Below the pieces are notes generated by a model. That model did not search any database. It worked only from the letters and a program-made list of their open reading frames with translations, and was not told the origin of the DNA. From the sequence record SRR31156797_4875: a stretch of DNA of 44,930 nucleotides, one strand, 5' to 3'. Both the position numbers and the translations under genes were made by a program. This document shows, in pieces, positions 1-8,568 of the stretch. How positions within the stretch are numbered: the first letter of the stretch is position 1; the number at the start of each line of letters is the position of its first letter.

Positions 1-1
1 G

Positions 2-1858
2 TTAATGGCGCGTGGTGAAATAAATATGGCAAAGCGCCTACGCCCTTATTCCATTGAAGACTTTGACAGCTCAAATGAATTACGACAAGCGATATTACGC
101 GTTTTTGAGGAAGTAAAACTAGAGCAACTCCGAGGAAGAGTTATTCTTTTTGAACCCTCGTTGGTTAATAGCAACCGTTATATTACCCGTATGGGTGAAG
201 GTAGTTTTGGTGGCAAAGGACGAGGATTAGCCTTTTTAAGCAATTTTGTTGAGAATGTGGACTTTGAAAAAATAATTCCGGAACTACAAATTAGAATTCC
301 TACAACTGCTATTATCGGTGCGGATGAATTTTCAAATTTTGTGCAACGCAATAATCTTTACCAAAAGATTTATGTAGAAAAACAATTTGATAAAATCAAA
401 AGCTTATTCTTAAAAGCCCGATTTAGTGAACGCATTAAAAACCAACTTCGAAAATACGTAGAAGTCATTCAGGAGCCACTTGCCATCAGATCTTCTGGTT
501 TATTTGAAGACTCTCTTTTACAACCTTTTGCCGGAGTTTACGAAACCTTTATGCTACCCAATAACCACCCCGATATTGAGGTTAGATACACACAATTATC
601 ATCTGCCATTAAACTGGTTTATGCTTCCATGTTCAGTGATTCGGCAAGGGCTTACTTTGAAGCAGTCAACTATAAAATTGAGGAAGAAAAAATGGCCGTT
701 ATTATTCAAAAGGTAGTGGGAGAGCATGCGCACAACCGCTTTTATCCTCACATAAGTGGCATTGCCCAAAGTTATAATTACTACCCTTTTTCATATATGA
801 AACCCGAAGACGGATTTGCTGTATTAGGAATTGGCTTAGGTAAATATGTGGTTGGCGGAGAAAAAGCCTGGCGTTTCTGTCCTAAATATCCAAACCTGGA
901 ACTCAATGCTATTCAGGATCAGATAAAGGACTCGCAAACGCATTTTTATGCATTAAACATGGAAAGCCAGGAGGTAGATTTTAATGTGGCTAAGGAAGAT
1001 TCTTTTATTCAGAAACTCTCTATAAAGGAAGCAGAAGAAGACGGTAATCTAAGATTGTGCGCCTCGGTTTATGATTATAGTTACGATCGAATTGTATACA
1101 ACTTGCATAAGAAAGGTCCCCGAATTATCAATTTTGCCAACATCTTAAAATTTGACTATATACCTCTGGCTAAATCGCTTGATTTGCTTTTGGATTATTT
1201 CAAGGAAGCAATGGGTGCACCAGTTGAAATAGAGTTCGCAGTGGATTTAAATATGGAGAATAAACTTCCTACATTATATTTACTACAGATTAAACCACTA
1301 ATCCGAACCGAGAACCAAGTTGCCATCGACTTTGAACAAATTGATGTGGATAAAATAATTCTGACCTCAGAAAAAGGAATGGGTAATGGACAAGTTGACC
1401 ATATTAAAGATGTGGTATTTATGAATCCGGAAAAATTTAGTCGTACCAAAACAGATGAAATGGCCAGGGAAATGGCCAGCATAAATCAATACTTTGAAAA
1501 GAACAATCTTGAGTACTTACTGATTGGACCTGGCAGATGGGGAACACGCGATAAATTTACCGGCATCCCTGTACTGTGGTCGCAGATTTCGCATGCTAAG
1601 GTAATTGTGGAAATGGGATTGGAAGATTTTCCCTTGGATGCTTCTTTAGGTTCTCACTTTTTTCACAATGTGACTTCTATGAATGTAGGTTATTTTTCGG
1701 TTCACCATCGAAAAGAAAGGGAGTTTGTCAAGTTCGATATCCTTAAACAGCAAGAACTCATTCAGCAAACAGAATATTTTACGCATATTTCGTTTAAAGA
1801 ACCATTGAAAATTTTAATGGATGGTAAACAACAGAAAGCAGTGGTGAGTTTGAGTTGA
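2..1858 (+). CDS. PEP synthase/PPDK-like nucleotide-binding (ATP-grasp) domain protein, Bacteroidota type; probably 5'-truncated by the window edge
   Basis: Frame is open from position 2. Motifs GGKGRGLAF, LAIRSSGLFEDS..PFAGVYET, MAVIIQKVVG, PVEIEFA and YLLQIKP match the PPDK N-domain. The C-terminal GPGRWG...GSHFFHN region resembles a phospho-His domain. Confidence 0.8.
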   Translation, partial: LMARGEINMAKRLRPYSIEDFDSSNELRQAILRVFEEVKLEQLRGRVILFEPSLVNSNRYITRMGEGSFGGKGRGLAFLSNFVENVDFEKIIPELQIRIPTTAIIGADEFSNFVQRNNLYQKIYVEKQFDKIKSLFLKARFSERIKNQLRKYVEVIQEPLAIRSSGLFEDSLLQPFAGVYETFMLPNNHPDIEVRYTQLSSAIKLVYASMFSDSARAYFEAVNYKIEEEKMAVIIQKVVGEHAHNRFYPHISGIAQSYNYYPFSYMKPEDGFAVLGIGLGKYVVGGEKAWRFCPKYPNLELNAIQDQIKDSQTHFYALNMESQEVDFNVAKEDSFIQKLSIKEAEEDGNLRLCASVYDYSYDRIVYNLHKKGPRIINFANILKFDYIPLAKSLDLLLDYFKEAMGAPVEIEFAVDLNMENKLPTLYLLQIKPLIRTENQVAIDFEQIDVDKIILTSEKGMGNGQVDHIKDVVFMNPEKFSRTKTDEMAREMASINQYFEKNNLEYLLIGPGRWGTRDKFTGIPVLWSQISHAKVIVEMGLEDFPLDASLGSHFFHNVTSMNVGYFSVHHRKEREFVKFDILKQQELIQQTEYFTHISFKEPLKILMDGKQQKAVVSLS

Positions 1859-1865
1859 TTTATAA

Positions 1866-3326
1866 TCACTCCACCTCTATAGGTAATGAAAAATAAAAAG
1901 TACTGCCAACACCTTGTTCCGATTCAATCCAAAGGCGACCGTCGTGCAATTCTACAATTTTTTTACAATGCGCCAGACCAATTCCGATTCCATCAATATC
2001 TTTACGTTGATGCAAACGCTGAAACAAAAGAAAAATCTTATCCTGCTGTTCCTGCGCAATACCAATACCATTATCGCTTACAGAAAACAGATAGTAGGCA
2101 CCATTTTTTTGAGAAGATATTTTAATTTGTGGAGAAACCCCAGGCCTACGGTATTTAATAGCATTGCTGATTAAATTCTGAAACAACAAGCGCATTTCAA
2201 TATCATAAACCTTCACACTTGGCAGTTCTTCAATGGTAATTTCGGCTTTTGATTTATTGATGGCTGAATTCAAATCATTCAACACATGTTCCATCGTCAT
2301 ATTTAAATCTACTTCCTTTCGCTCCTCATTATTGCCCAGCAATGCATAATCAACCAAACCAGTAATTAACTCTAGCATACGATAGGCTGATTTTTCAATC
2401 AGGTTAAATTGATACCTAACAGATTCACTCAATTGATTAGAATCATCTTCGGTAACCAATGACAATAAAGCTATAATCGAATTTAAAGGCTCACGTAAAT
2501 CATGCGAAGCCATATAAGTAAACTGCTCCAGCTCCTGGTTTTTATGCTCAATTTTTCGAGTATAATCTTTAAATAATTGTTCTGTTTTTTTTCGCTCAGA
2601 AATATCAATAATAGAAGCCAACACATATTGCTCGCTGTCCCTGGCTATATAATTGAGTCCTATTTCAATAGGAAATTCAGCACCATCCTTTCTTAATGCA
2701 AACAAATCCCGGCCTGCTCCCATCGGTCTTGTTGCCGGCTTATGATAGTATTCCCTTCTTAAATCGGGATGGTGGTTTTTAAAACGATCCGGCACCAGCA
2801 TTTCCATTGGCCTCCCCAACAATTCGTTGCGCTGATAAGCAAACAAGGACTCAGCTTGTTTATTCACCATCACTATTTTACCAGTTCTTTCTACCAGAAT
2901 AATCGCATTGGGTGCAGACTCAAAAACCAGCTCAAACAAAGCCGAAGCATTCTTGCTATCACTCACATCATGCAAGGCCAAAAGCATATAGTTTTCGTTT
3001 TGATCCTGAATAGCATTCATACCCAATTCTACAGGAAACATGTTGCCGTTCTTTTTCTTGGCAAAAAATACTTTATTTTCGTCCTCTAATCCCCAATCAG
3101 CCTGAGCCAACTGTTTTTCGAAAAAACTACCATAGTTACCCCAAAACTTCTTTGGAAACAAAAATGAAAGATCTTTACCTAATACTTCCTCGTTGCTGTA
3201 TAAAAGTAATTTTTCGGCATGTATATTTTGGTAAATAATTTCACCCGCATTATTCAGGAGCAACAATGCCACTGGAGAAGCATCCAGCATCAGTTGGTAA
3301 TTTATGTCTTGTTTTTTATGCCCCAT
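1866..3326 (-). CDS. Cytoplasmic PAS-PAS sensor histidine kinase
   Basis: Two PAS/PAC repeats (..KKKNGNMFPVELG, ..RKDGAEFPIEIG), H-box ASHDLREPL, N-box FQNLISNAIKY, G1 DNGIGI, G2 GIGIGLA. No TM segment seen. Confidence 0.93.
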   Translation of the reverse strand: MGHKKQDINYQLMLDASPVALLLLNNAGEIIYQNIHAEKLLLYSNEEVLGKDLSFLFPKKFWGNYGSFFEKQLAQADWGLEDENKVFFAKKKNGNMFPVELGMNAIQDQNENYMLLALHDVSDSKNASALFELVFESAPNAIILVERTGKIVMVNKQAESLFAYQRNELLGRPMEMLVPDRFKNHHPDLRREYYHKPATRPMGAGRDLFALRKDGAEFPIEIGLNYIARDSEQYVLASIIDISERKKTEQLFKDYTRKIEHKNQELEQFTYMASHDLREPLNSIIALLSLVTEDDSNQLSESVRYQFNLIEKSAYRMLELITGLVDYALLGNNEERKEVDLNMTMEHVLNDLNSAINKSKAEITIEELPSVKVYDIEMRLLFQNLISNAIKYRRPGVSPQIKISSQKNGAYYLFSVSDNGIGIAQEQQDKIFLLFQRLHQRKDIDGIGIGLAHCKKIVELHDGRLWIESEQGVGSTFYFSLPIEVE

Positions 3327-3473
3327 ACATGCGCTCTATACTGTTTCGTAAGCCATAAGCCAACTACAGCCCTAATTTTACCTGACCCTTTTGTAGTTAT
3401 ATACCCTAACAAAACTGGTTGTTTTTTGTTCTGGAACTTTGTGGCTTAAATAAAGGTATTCATAAGATAGATA

Positions 3474-3706
3474 CTTTGGGTATACAACCATAAGTTCGCT
3501 GACCAAAAATGATGCTTTGGGTAAATGATCACGAGCTCCCTAACAAAAAGTGGAGCCTTGGGCAAATGCCCATGAGTTCCCTGACAAAAAATGAAGCTTT
3601 GGGCAAGTAACCATAAACTCCCTAACAAAAAGTGAAGCCTTGATTAAATGACCACAAGCTCACTAACGAAAAAAGGAAGCTTTAGGCAAGTAACCATGAG
3701 CTTCCT
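3474..3706. repeat. Degenerate 41-bp tandem repeat, about 5.7 copies, intergenic
   Basis: Units start at 3474, 3515, 3556, 3597, 3638 and 3680 (period 41,41,41,41,42). Approximate consensus CTTTGGGYAARTRACCAYRAGYTCCCTRACAAAAARTGAAG. Confidence 0.93.
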
Positions 3707-3710
3707 ATTT

Positions 3711-3737
3711 AAAGAGGCAAGGCTCGCACCTTAGCCC
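3711..3737 (-). terminator. Probable terminator hairpin of the FGE-fold gene
   Basis: Minus strand reads GGGC-T-AAGGT-GCGA-GCCTT-GCCT-CTTT, a stem closed by a GNRA tetraloop with a short U-tract, just after the stop at 3744. Confidence 0.5.
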
Positions 3738-3743
3738 AATTTA

Positions 3744-4589
3744 TTATTTAGTAATATTTGTTTGCACGCGAACAGGTCTGAAGCCAACATAAGAACTTGC
3801 TGAATTGTAATTCAATTCACTCGTAATACGAACATCATACCCGGTACTATTGCAACTACCTCCCATAGCTACTCCTTCTTCGTTTATCATTTCGGCCACA
3901 TTACCACAAACGTTATATAAACCATATTCATTCGGGCTATAGGATTTCGAAAGAGAAGTAGCTATCTGAATATTTCCTGTTTCGATATAATCCTCTATAA
4001 TTGATGGAGCATGATTTGTGTCGGAGTAAATATACTCATCCCCAATATGTTTATAATTGCACATAAACTGCCCCTTTCTATTTCTTAAATAATTACCACC
4101 CCAAGCGTAATTCGCATTCTCTAGCCCACCTTTAGCCGCATAAATCCACTCTTGTTTGGTTGGCAAACGATATTGCTGATTTTGCTTAGCACATTTTTCA
4201 CTCAACCAACTACAATAGAGTTGAGCCGCTTGATGCGATATATACAATACCGGATATTCTGCAAAAGCCTTTTCTGCATAATATGCTTCATTTAAATTTG
4301 AACTACCATTCTTTAAGACCATGGAAGGCTTGCTGGTTTTAAAATTGCATATCTCATATTCCTCTATTCTTCCCGAAGATTTTAAGTCAGTAAGAAAAAT
4401 TTTATACTCATTATTGGTAACTTCATGATCCGAAATCCAATAAGCATCAAAACTATAAGTTCGGCCATCAATAATAGTAGAACCTGCAGGAATCAAGACA
4501 TAATCGCTTTTCTTACTTAACTTAAAACTAAGTAATGCTACAACGCTTATTATAACACTCACCCCTAAAATCACAGTTTTAGTTTTCAT
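3744..4589 (-). CDS. Formylglycine-generating-enzyme (SUMF1/FGE-sulfatase) fold protein, short GldK/GldJ-like
   Basis: Motifs HEVTNNEY, YPV, YRLPTKQEWIYAAKGG, YAWGGNYLRN, PNEYGLYNVCGNVAEM, GGS and VGFRPV. N-terminal hydrophobic signal/anchor. Confidence 0.85.
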   Translation of the reverse strand: MKTKTVILGVSVIISVVALLSFKLSKKSDYVLIPAGSTIIDGRTYSFDAYWISDHEVTNNEYKIFLTDLKSSGRIEEYEICNFKTSKPSMVLKNGSSNLNEAYYAEKAFAEYPVLYISHQAAQLYCSWLSEKCAKQNQQYRLPTKQEWIYAAKGGLENANYAWGGNYLRNRKGQFMCNYKHIGDEYIYSDTNHAPSIIEDYIETGNIQIATSLSKSYSPNEYGLYNVCGNVAEMINEEGVAMGGSCNSTGYDVRITSELNYNSASSYVGFRPVRVQTNITK

Positions 4590-4854
4590 TTTTATTTAGT
4601 TTAAAAAGATTATTCCAACCCAACTCATCAACACTATTACAAACTGATGAGCATCACCTTACACATTAATACAAACGGTTATCTCTTACATTTATTATAG
4701 ATATACCTCACCTAAACTATAGGCATTATACTTATTATTTCCTATAGAATATATTTTTCATAAAAATCAACTATCCTATTGGATTTCATCATTTTGTTTA
4801 ATAAATTTAATAGAGAGTTCAATCAATATATTACTAATCTTAAATTTTAAAGCG

Positions 4855-5574
4855 ATGTTAAACAAAATCAAATCACAAACCCGTGCAACAGAAGTAGACA
4901 CAACAACTTTAAGAATTATTTCTGCATTCTTAAACTCAAACCTAAACAACGACAGTCACCTGACTTCCATTTTTAGTACATTACAACCTTTATCTCAGCA
5001 ATTCAACAAAGCTATTAATCGTATTAAAGCAGAATCAGACTTAGACACGAAAGACGAAGTACGTGATAATGCAGCCCGTTCGTTTTATTATTTAATTAAT
5101 GGGTATTCGCATCACCCGGACGAAACCATTCGAAAAGCAGCACTTAATATTATGGATATTTTTAATCAGTACGGACTAAAAGTAGTTAAGGAAAACTATG
5201 CAACCGAAACATCTTTATTAAACTCGCTTTTAAATGAACTTACAACTGCTGAAGCTCAGGTCGATGTTGCATTAATTTCGGGAGCAAACGAAAGTATTAC
5301 AACCTTACAAAACGCCCAAAAAGCTTTTGAATCCAGTCATCTAAGCTACGAACAAAACAAAGCCAACGAAGGTACCTTTAATAACGCTTCTGCCTTAAAA
5401 AAAGAAGTACTAAACCTAGTGAATAGCAAATTAGTGGTATACCTAAGAGCAATGTATACTGTAGATCCGGAAACATATGGACCATTTACCCGCACCGTTG
5501 GCCAAATTATTGCCGACAATAATGAAGTAGTGAAAAAAAGAGCAAAAAAGACAGTTTCTGAAATCGAATTATAA
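4855..5574 (+). CDS. DUF6261-family alpha-helical protein
   Basis: 239 aa. Pattern D..RD...F....GY.HHPD..IR.AA..I..IF..YG......NY..ET..LNSLL..L is typical of this Bacteroidota family (recognised from memory). Confidence 0.7.
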   Translation: MLNKIKSQTRATEVDTTTLRIISAFLNSNLNNDSHLTSIFSTLQPLSQQFNKAINRIKAESDLDTKDEVRDNAARSFYYLINGYSHHPDETIRKAALNIMDIFNQYGLKVVKENYATETSLLNSLLNELTTAEAQVDVALISGANESITTLQNAQKAFESSHLSYEQNKANEGTFNNASALKKEVLNLVNSKLVVYLRAMYTVDPETYGPFTRTVGQIIADNNEVVKKRAKKTVSEIEL

Positions 5575-5607
5575 TTTATTTTCTCATTTGTTTGTATCCA
5601 TGTTTTG

Positions 5608-5638
5608 GCTCCGGGAGTGGTTACCCGGGGCTTTTTTT
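5608..5638 (+). terminator. Rho-independent terminator
   Basis: GCTCCGGG-agtggtta-CCCGGGGC followed by T7. Confidence 0.85.
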
Positions 5639-5844
5639 GTGTTCAAAAAAGACGCCACACCTCCTCGATCCATTTTTCTTGCAAAAAATTATACACCTAA
5701 ACTATTTTTTCCTTTTCTTTGCATCATTATGATGACTTTCTATTACATATCGCCCAATGTCTGGTTTACCTGTTGGTAAATTCAGAAACTCTCGCACGGC
5801 GGATGTATTTCCTCTATAGATTTTAATATTAAAACAGAACTCAA

Positions 5845-5870
5845 AGCAACCAATTGGTTGTTATCGTGTC
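5845..5870 (+). promoter_or_regulatory. ECF-sigma-like promoter (GCAAC-N16-TGTC) overlapped by a perfect 14-bp palindrome
   Basis: AGCAAC 5845-5850, 16-nt spacer, TGTC 5867-5870. CAACCAATTGGTTG at 5847-5860 is its own reverse complement. Confidence 0.45.
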
Positions 5871-5910
5871 TTTTATTCAACATTTATTAATCATTTAAAA
5901 TCTTAGCACC

Positions 5911-6033
5911 ATGTCAAATTATGCAAACACTTCAGCACTGGTGTATGTATTTACACCCAACTTTTTATTTTCTATTGCTAAACAAGCAAGTTTATCCCGA
6001 TGTTTTATCTTACAACGATTGAAAAATGACTGA
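5911..6033 (+). CDS. Putative 40-aa leader peptide/uORF overlapping the MATE start
   Basis: ATG 5911 to TGA 6033, MSNYANTSALVYVFTPNFLFSIAKQASLSRCFILQRLKND. The stop overlaps the MATE start (ATGACTGA). AT-rich upstream context with A at -3. Confidence 0.35.
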   Translation: MSNYANTSALVYVFTPNFLFSIAKQASLSRCFILQRLKND

Positions 6034-7465
6034 ATTAAATATACCTCATCAACAAAAAACTAAATTCTCGAAAGGATTCATCTCGCTTTGCCAGAACATA
6101 TGGCAGGCCTTAATCGGCAATGAATCTACCGACTACACCAAAATAAAACTCAGCAAAGCCATCTTTCTATTAGCCATCCCCATGGTATTAGAAATGATCA
6201 TGGAATCTATTTTTGCTATTGTAGATATCTACTTTGTATCTAAGCTAGGTGCTGATGCCGTGGCTTCTGTCGGCATTACCGAATCTGTAATAACTGTTGT
6301 TTACGCCATTGCATTTGGACTAAGCATGGCTACCACTGCTTTGGTATCCCGACGCATCGGCGAGAAAAGACCGGTTAAAGCTGCACATGTTGCATGGCAA
6401 GCCATCACTGCTGGGATTCTTATATCTATAATTATTGCCATTCCGGGACTTTTATTTTCGCATAAAATTCTGGAATTAATGGGCGCTTCCCAAAACCTGC
6501 TCGATCATTACAGCGGATATGCCACTATTATGCTTGGCGGAAACATAGTGATTATGCTATTATTTATTAACAATGCTATATTTCGCGGAGCGGGCGATGC
6601 TGCCATCTCACTAAGAGTCCTGGTCATTGCCAATGGTTTAAATATTATATTGGATCCACTCTTAATTCTGGGCATAGGACCTTTCCCACAGTTAGGTATA
6701 GAAGGTGCCGCTTGGGCAACTAACATAGGGCGTGGCGTAGCCGTTTTATACCAATTGCATATTCTATTTAAAGGGAGTGCCCGGGTTAAATTATTAAGAA
6801 GTAAACTGCGCATTGATTGGAGAAGAATTTGGAAGGTACTCAATATTGCCTCCGGTGGTATTTTTCAATCTTTAATCGCCACTTCGAGTTGGATAGGTCT
6901 GGTACGAATTATTTCCACTTTTGGTAGTGAAGCGGTAGCCGGCTATACGATTGCCATCCGTATCATTATTTTTATTCTTTTGCCCTCATGGGGATTAAGC
7001 AATGCTGCATCTACCTTAGTTGGACAAAATCTGGGAGCACAACATCCGGACAGAGCCGAAAAGTCGGTTTGGTTTACTGCTCGCATTAATATGATTTTTC
7101 TGGGCATGATAAGTATTGTTTTCATAGCCACACCGAGCTTTTTTATAGAGCTATTCACCAAAGAAGAACAAATTGTATTAATTGGGGCGCAGTGTTTAAG
7201 GATTGTAAGCATTGGTTTTATCTTTTACGGATTAGGAATGGTACTGGTACAATCTTTTAACGGAGCCGGTGATACTAGAACGCCAACCCGCATAAACCTG
7301 GTTGCCTTTTGGATTATTGAAATACCAGTGGCTTATATCCTGGCTATTCATACCAGCATGGGTTACCAAGGTGCTTTTTTAGCCATTATTATTGCCGAAA
7401 GCACGATGACTTCTATCTCCTATTGGCTGTTTAAAAAAGGTAGATGGAAAAAAACAGACGTATAA
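6026..7465 (+). CDS. MATE family efflux transporter
   Basis: About 12 TM in two repeats, motifs LAIPMVLEM..D.YFVSKLG..AVA.VG, FRGAGD, LNIILDPLLI, VGQNLGA and FNGAGDT. Confidence 0.95.
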   Translation: MTELNIPHQQKTKFSKGFISLCQNIWQALIGNESTDYTKIKLSKAIFLLAIPMVLEMIMESIFAIVDIYFVSKLGADAVASVGITESVITVVYAIAFGLSMATTALVSRRIGEKRPVKAAHVAWQAITAGILISIIIAIPGLLFSHKILELMGASQNLLDHYSGYATIMLGGNIVIMLLFINNAIFRGAGDAAISLRVLVIANGLNIILDPLLILGIGPFPQLGIEGAAWATNIGRGVAVLYQLHILFKGSARVKLLRSKLRIDWRRIWKVLNIASGGIFQSLIATSSWIGLVRIISTFGSEAVAGYTIAIRIIIFILLPSWGLSNAASTLVGQNLGAQHPDRAEKSVWFTARINMIFLGMISIVFIATPSFFIELFTKEEQIVLIGAQCLRIVSIGFIFYGLGMVLVQSFNGAGDTRTPTRINLVAFWIIEIPVAYILAIHTSMGYQGAFLAIIIAESTMTSISYWLFKKGRWKKTDV

Positions 7466-7537
7466 CAGTTGTAGTGGTCGGTAATCAGTGAACCTGCTTA
7501 CTGATCACTCTTAATTGTCAACTGTTAACCGTTTTTT
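7463..7537 (+). terminator. Long 3' hairpin plus U-tract after the MATE gene
   Basis: TAACAGTTG 7463-7471 pairs with CAACTGTTA 7519-7527. AGTGGTCGGTAA 7473-7484 pairs with TTACTGATCACT 7498-7509 (two G-U pairs). T6 at 7532-7537. Confidence 0.55.
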
Positions 7538-7570
7538 AATATTGCTTTTATGATGAATTAACAAGCCTGC

Positions 7571-7666
7571 CCTACTTTTACATTAGGAAACAAAAGGTTT
7601 TTGCCGAATAAGAAGTAGGCCATCTCACAGGAAAGATGGTAGTCTGTTCGAGTAAAAACTTTTTTT
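7571..7666 (+). ncRNA. Candidate structured small RNA or terminator-like element
   Basis: Nested stems 7592-7604/7652-7664, 7605-7610/7645-7650 and 7619-7625/7634-7640. All wobbles are G-U on the + strand. Alternative pairing 7571-7579/7611-7619. Confidence 0.35.
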
Positions 7667-7682
7667 ATGCCCTTTTCTCTCC

Positions 7683-8552
7683 TTACCAAGGTTTAAAAAA
7701 GCGGAATCGAATACCTTTAGTTCCTATAACGCCTAGGCAAGCCACCACAACCATAGCAGCTCCTGCTATTTCTTTCAGCGTTAGAGTTTCATGAAAAAAC
7801 CAATAACCCAGTAAAATATTAATAACAGGAACCATCATATGCATAGAAGATCCTCTTGAAACCGGTACGTATTTATAACCTTCGGTCATAAGTAACTGAC
7901 CAATTGCAGAAACAACACCTAAACCTATTAATATAATCGCCACAGAAAAATCCCCTTGATGCGAAGAAGCATTGGCAGGAAAGATAAATAACCAGAAACC
8001 AAGAATACTTTGCGCAAAGAAAATAGCATAAGACGTATCTGTATCATGCAATTTCTTTACTAAAACAACAGAGATAGCAGACAGCACAGAACCAGTCAAT
8101 GCAATGATTTCGTATTTCGAAAACTGGGTAATATCCATACCATCTTTAACCGACAATAAGAAAATACCACAAAAGGCCATTAATATAAATAGCCATTGCA
8201 CTATCCTAACTCTTTCTTTAAAAAAGAATACACTAAAAACAGTTGCAAATACCGGATATGAATATCCGTACACTGTTGCTTTTCCTACTCCTAAGTTTAC
8301 GATGGAATAATAAAGCATGTACACAGCCAGTCCGCCTGTAAATCCACGAAGCAATAAAATAGGACTGTTTACAAAACTCAGTTTGATACGTCGGGTTAAA
8401 GCCAGCATACTCAATATACCCACACCAACAGCAAAGCGGGTAAATGTTGTGATGGTTGAATTAACTTCGGGAACCATTTTTACCAATGCAGACATCATGG
8501 CAAAGGACAATACCGAACCCATAATAAGAAAGTACCCTTTGATTTTTTGCAT
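7683..8552 (-). CDS. DMT/EamA family transporter
   Basis: 289 aa, about 10 TM, duplicated EamA pattern (PVFATVFSVFFFKERV; PVINILLGYWFFHETL). Confidence 0.92.
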   Translation of the reverse strand: MQKIKGYFLIMGSVLSFAMMSALVKMVPEVNSTITTFTRFAVGVGILSMLALTRRIKLSFVNSPILLLRGFTGGLAVYMLYYSIVNLGVGKATVYGYSYPVFATVFSVFFFKERVRIVQWLFILMAFCGIFLLSVKDGMDITQFSKYEIIALTGSVLSAISVVLVKKLHDTDTSYAIFFAQSILGFWLFIFPANASSHQGDFSVAIILIGLGVVSAIGQLLMTEGYKYVPVSRGSSMHMMVPVINILLGYWFFHETLTLKEIAGAAMVVVACLGVIGTKGIRFRFFKPW

Positions 8553-8568
8553 AATACAAATTGAAATT

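Noticed and set aside
3446-3628. 60-aa minus-strand ORF across the repeat
   Set aside because: The 41-bp period is not codon-phased and the peptide shows no repeat or family features, so it is likely spurious.
3474-3706. 41-bp array as a CRISPR array
   Set aside because: Similarity runs across the whole unit, so there are no unique spacers. The period is too short and no cas genes are present.
3474-3737. Array plus hairpin as a type III toxin-antitoxin locus
   Set aside because: No ToxN/CptN/TenpN-like ORF follows on either strand, the hairpin folds best as the terminator of the opposite gene, and the units are more degenerate than known antitoxin repeats.
3744-4589. FGE/CLec-fold gene as a diversity-generating retroelement target, or as gldK itself
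   Set aside because: No reverse transcriptase and no template repeat seen. It is too short for GldK and lacks both the lipobox and gldLMN context.
5588-5779. 63-aa ORF after DUF6261
   Set aside because: TTG start, runs through the terminator, and has no recognisable features.
7592-7666. SRP (4.5S) RNA
   Set aside because: Rod-like, but lacks the CAGG..GNRA..AGCAG domain IV arrangement.
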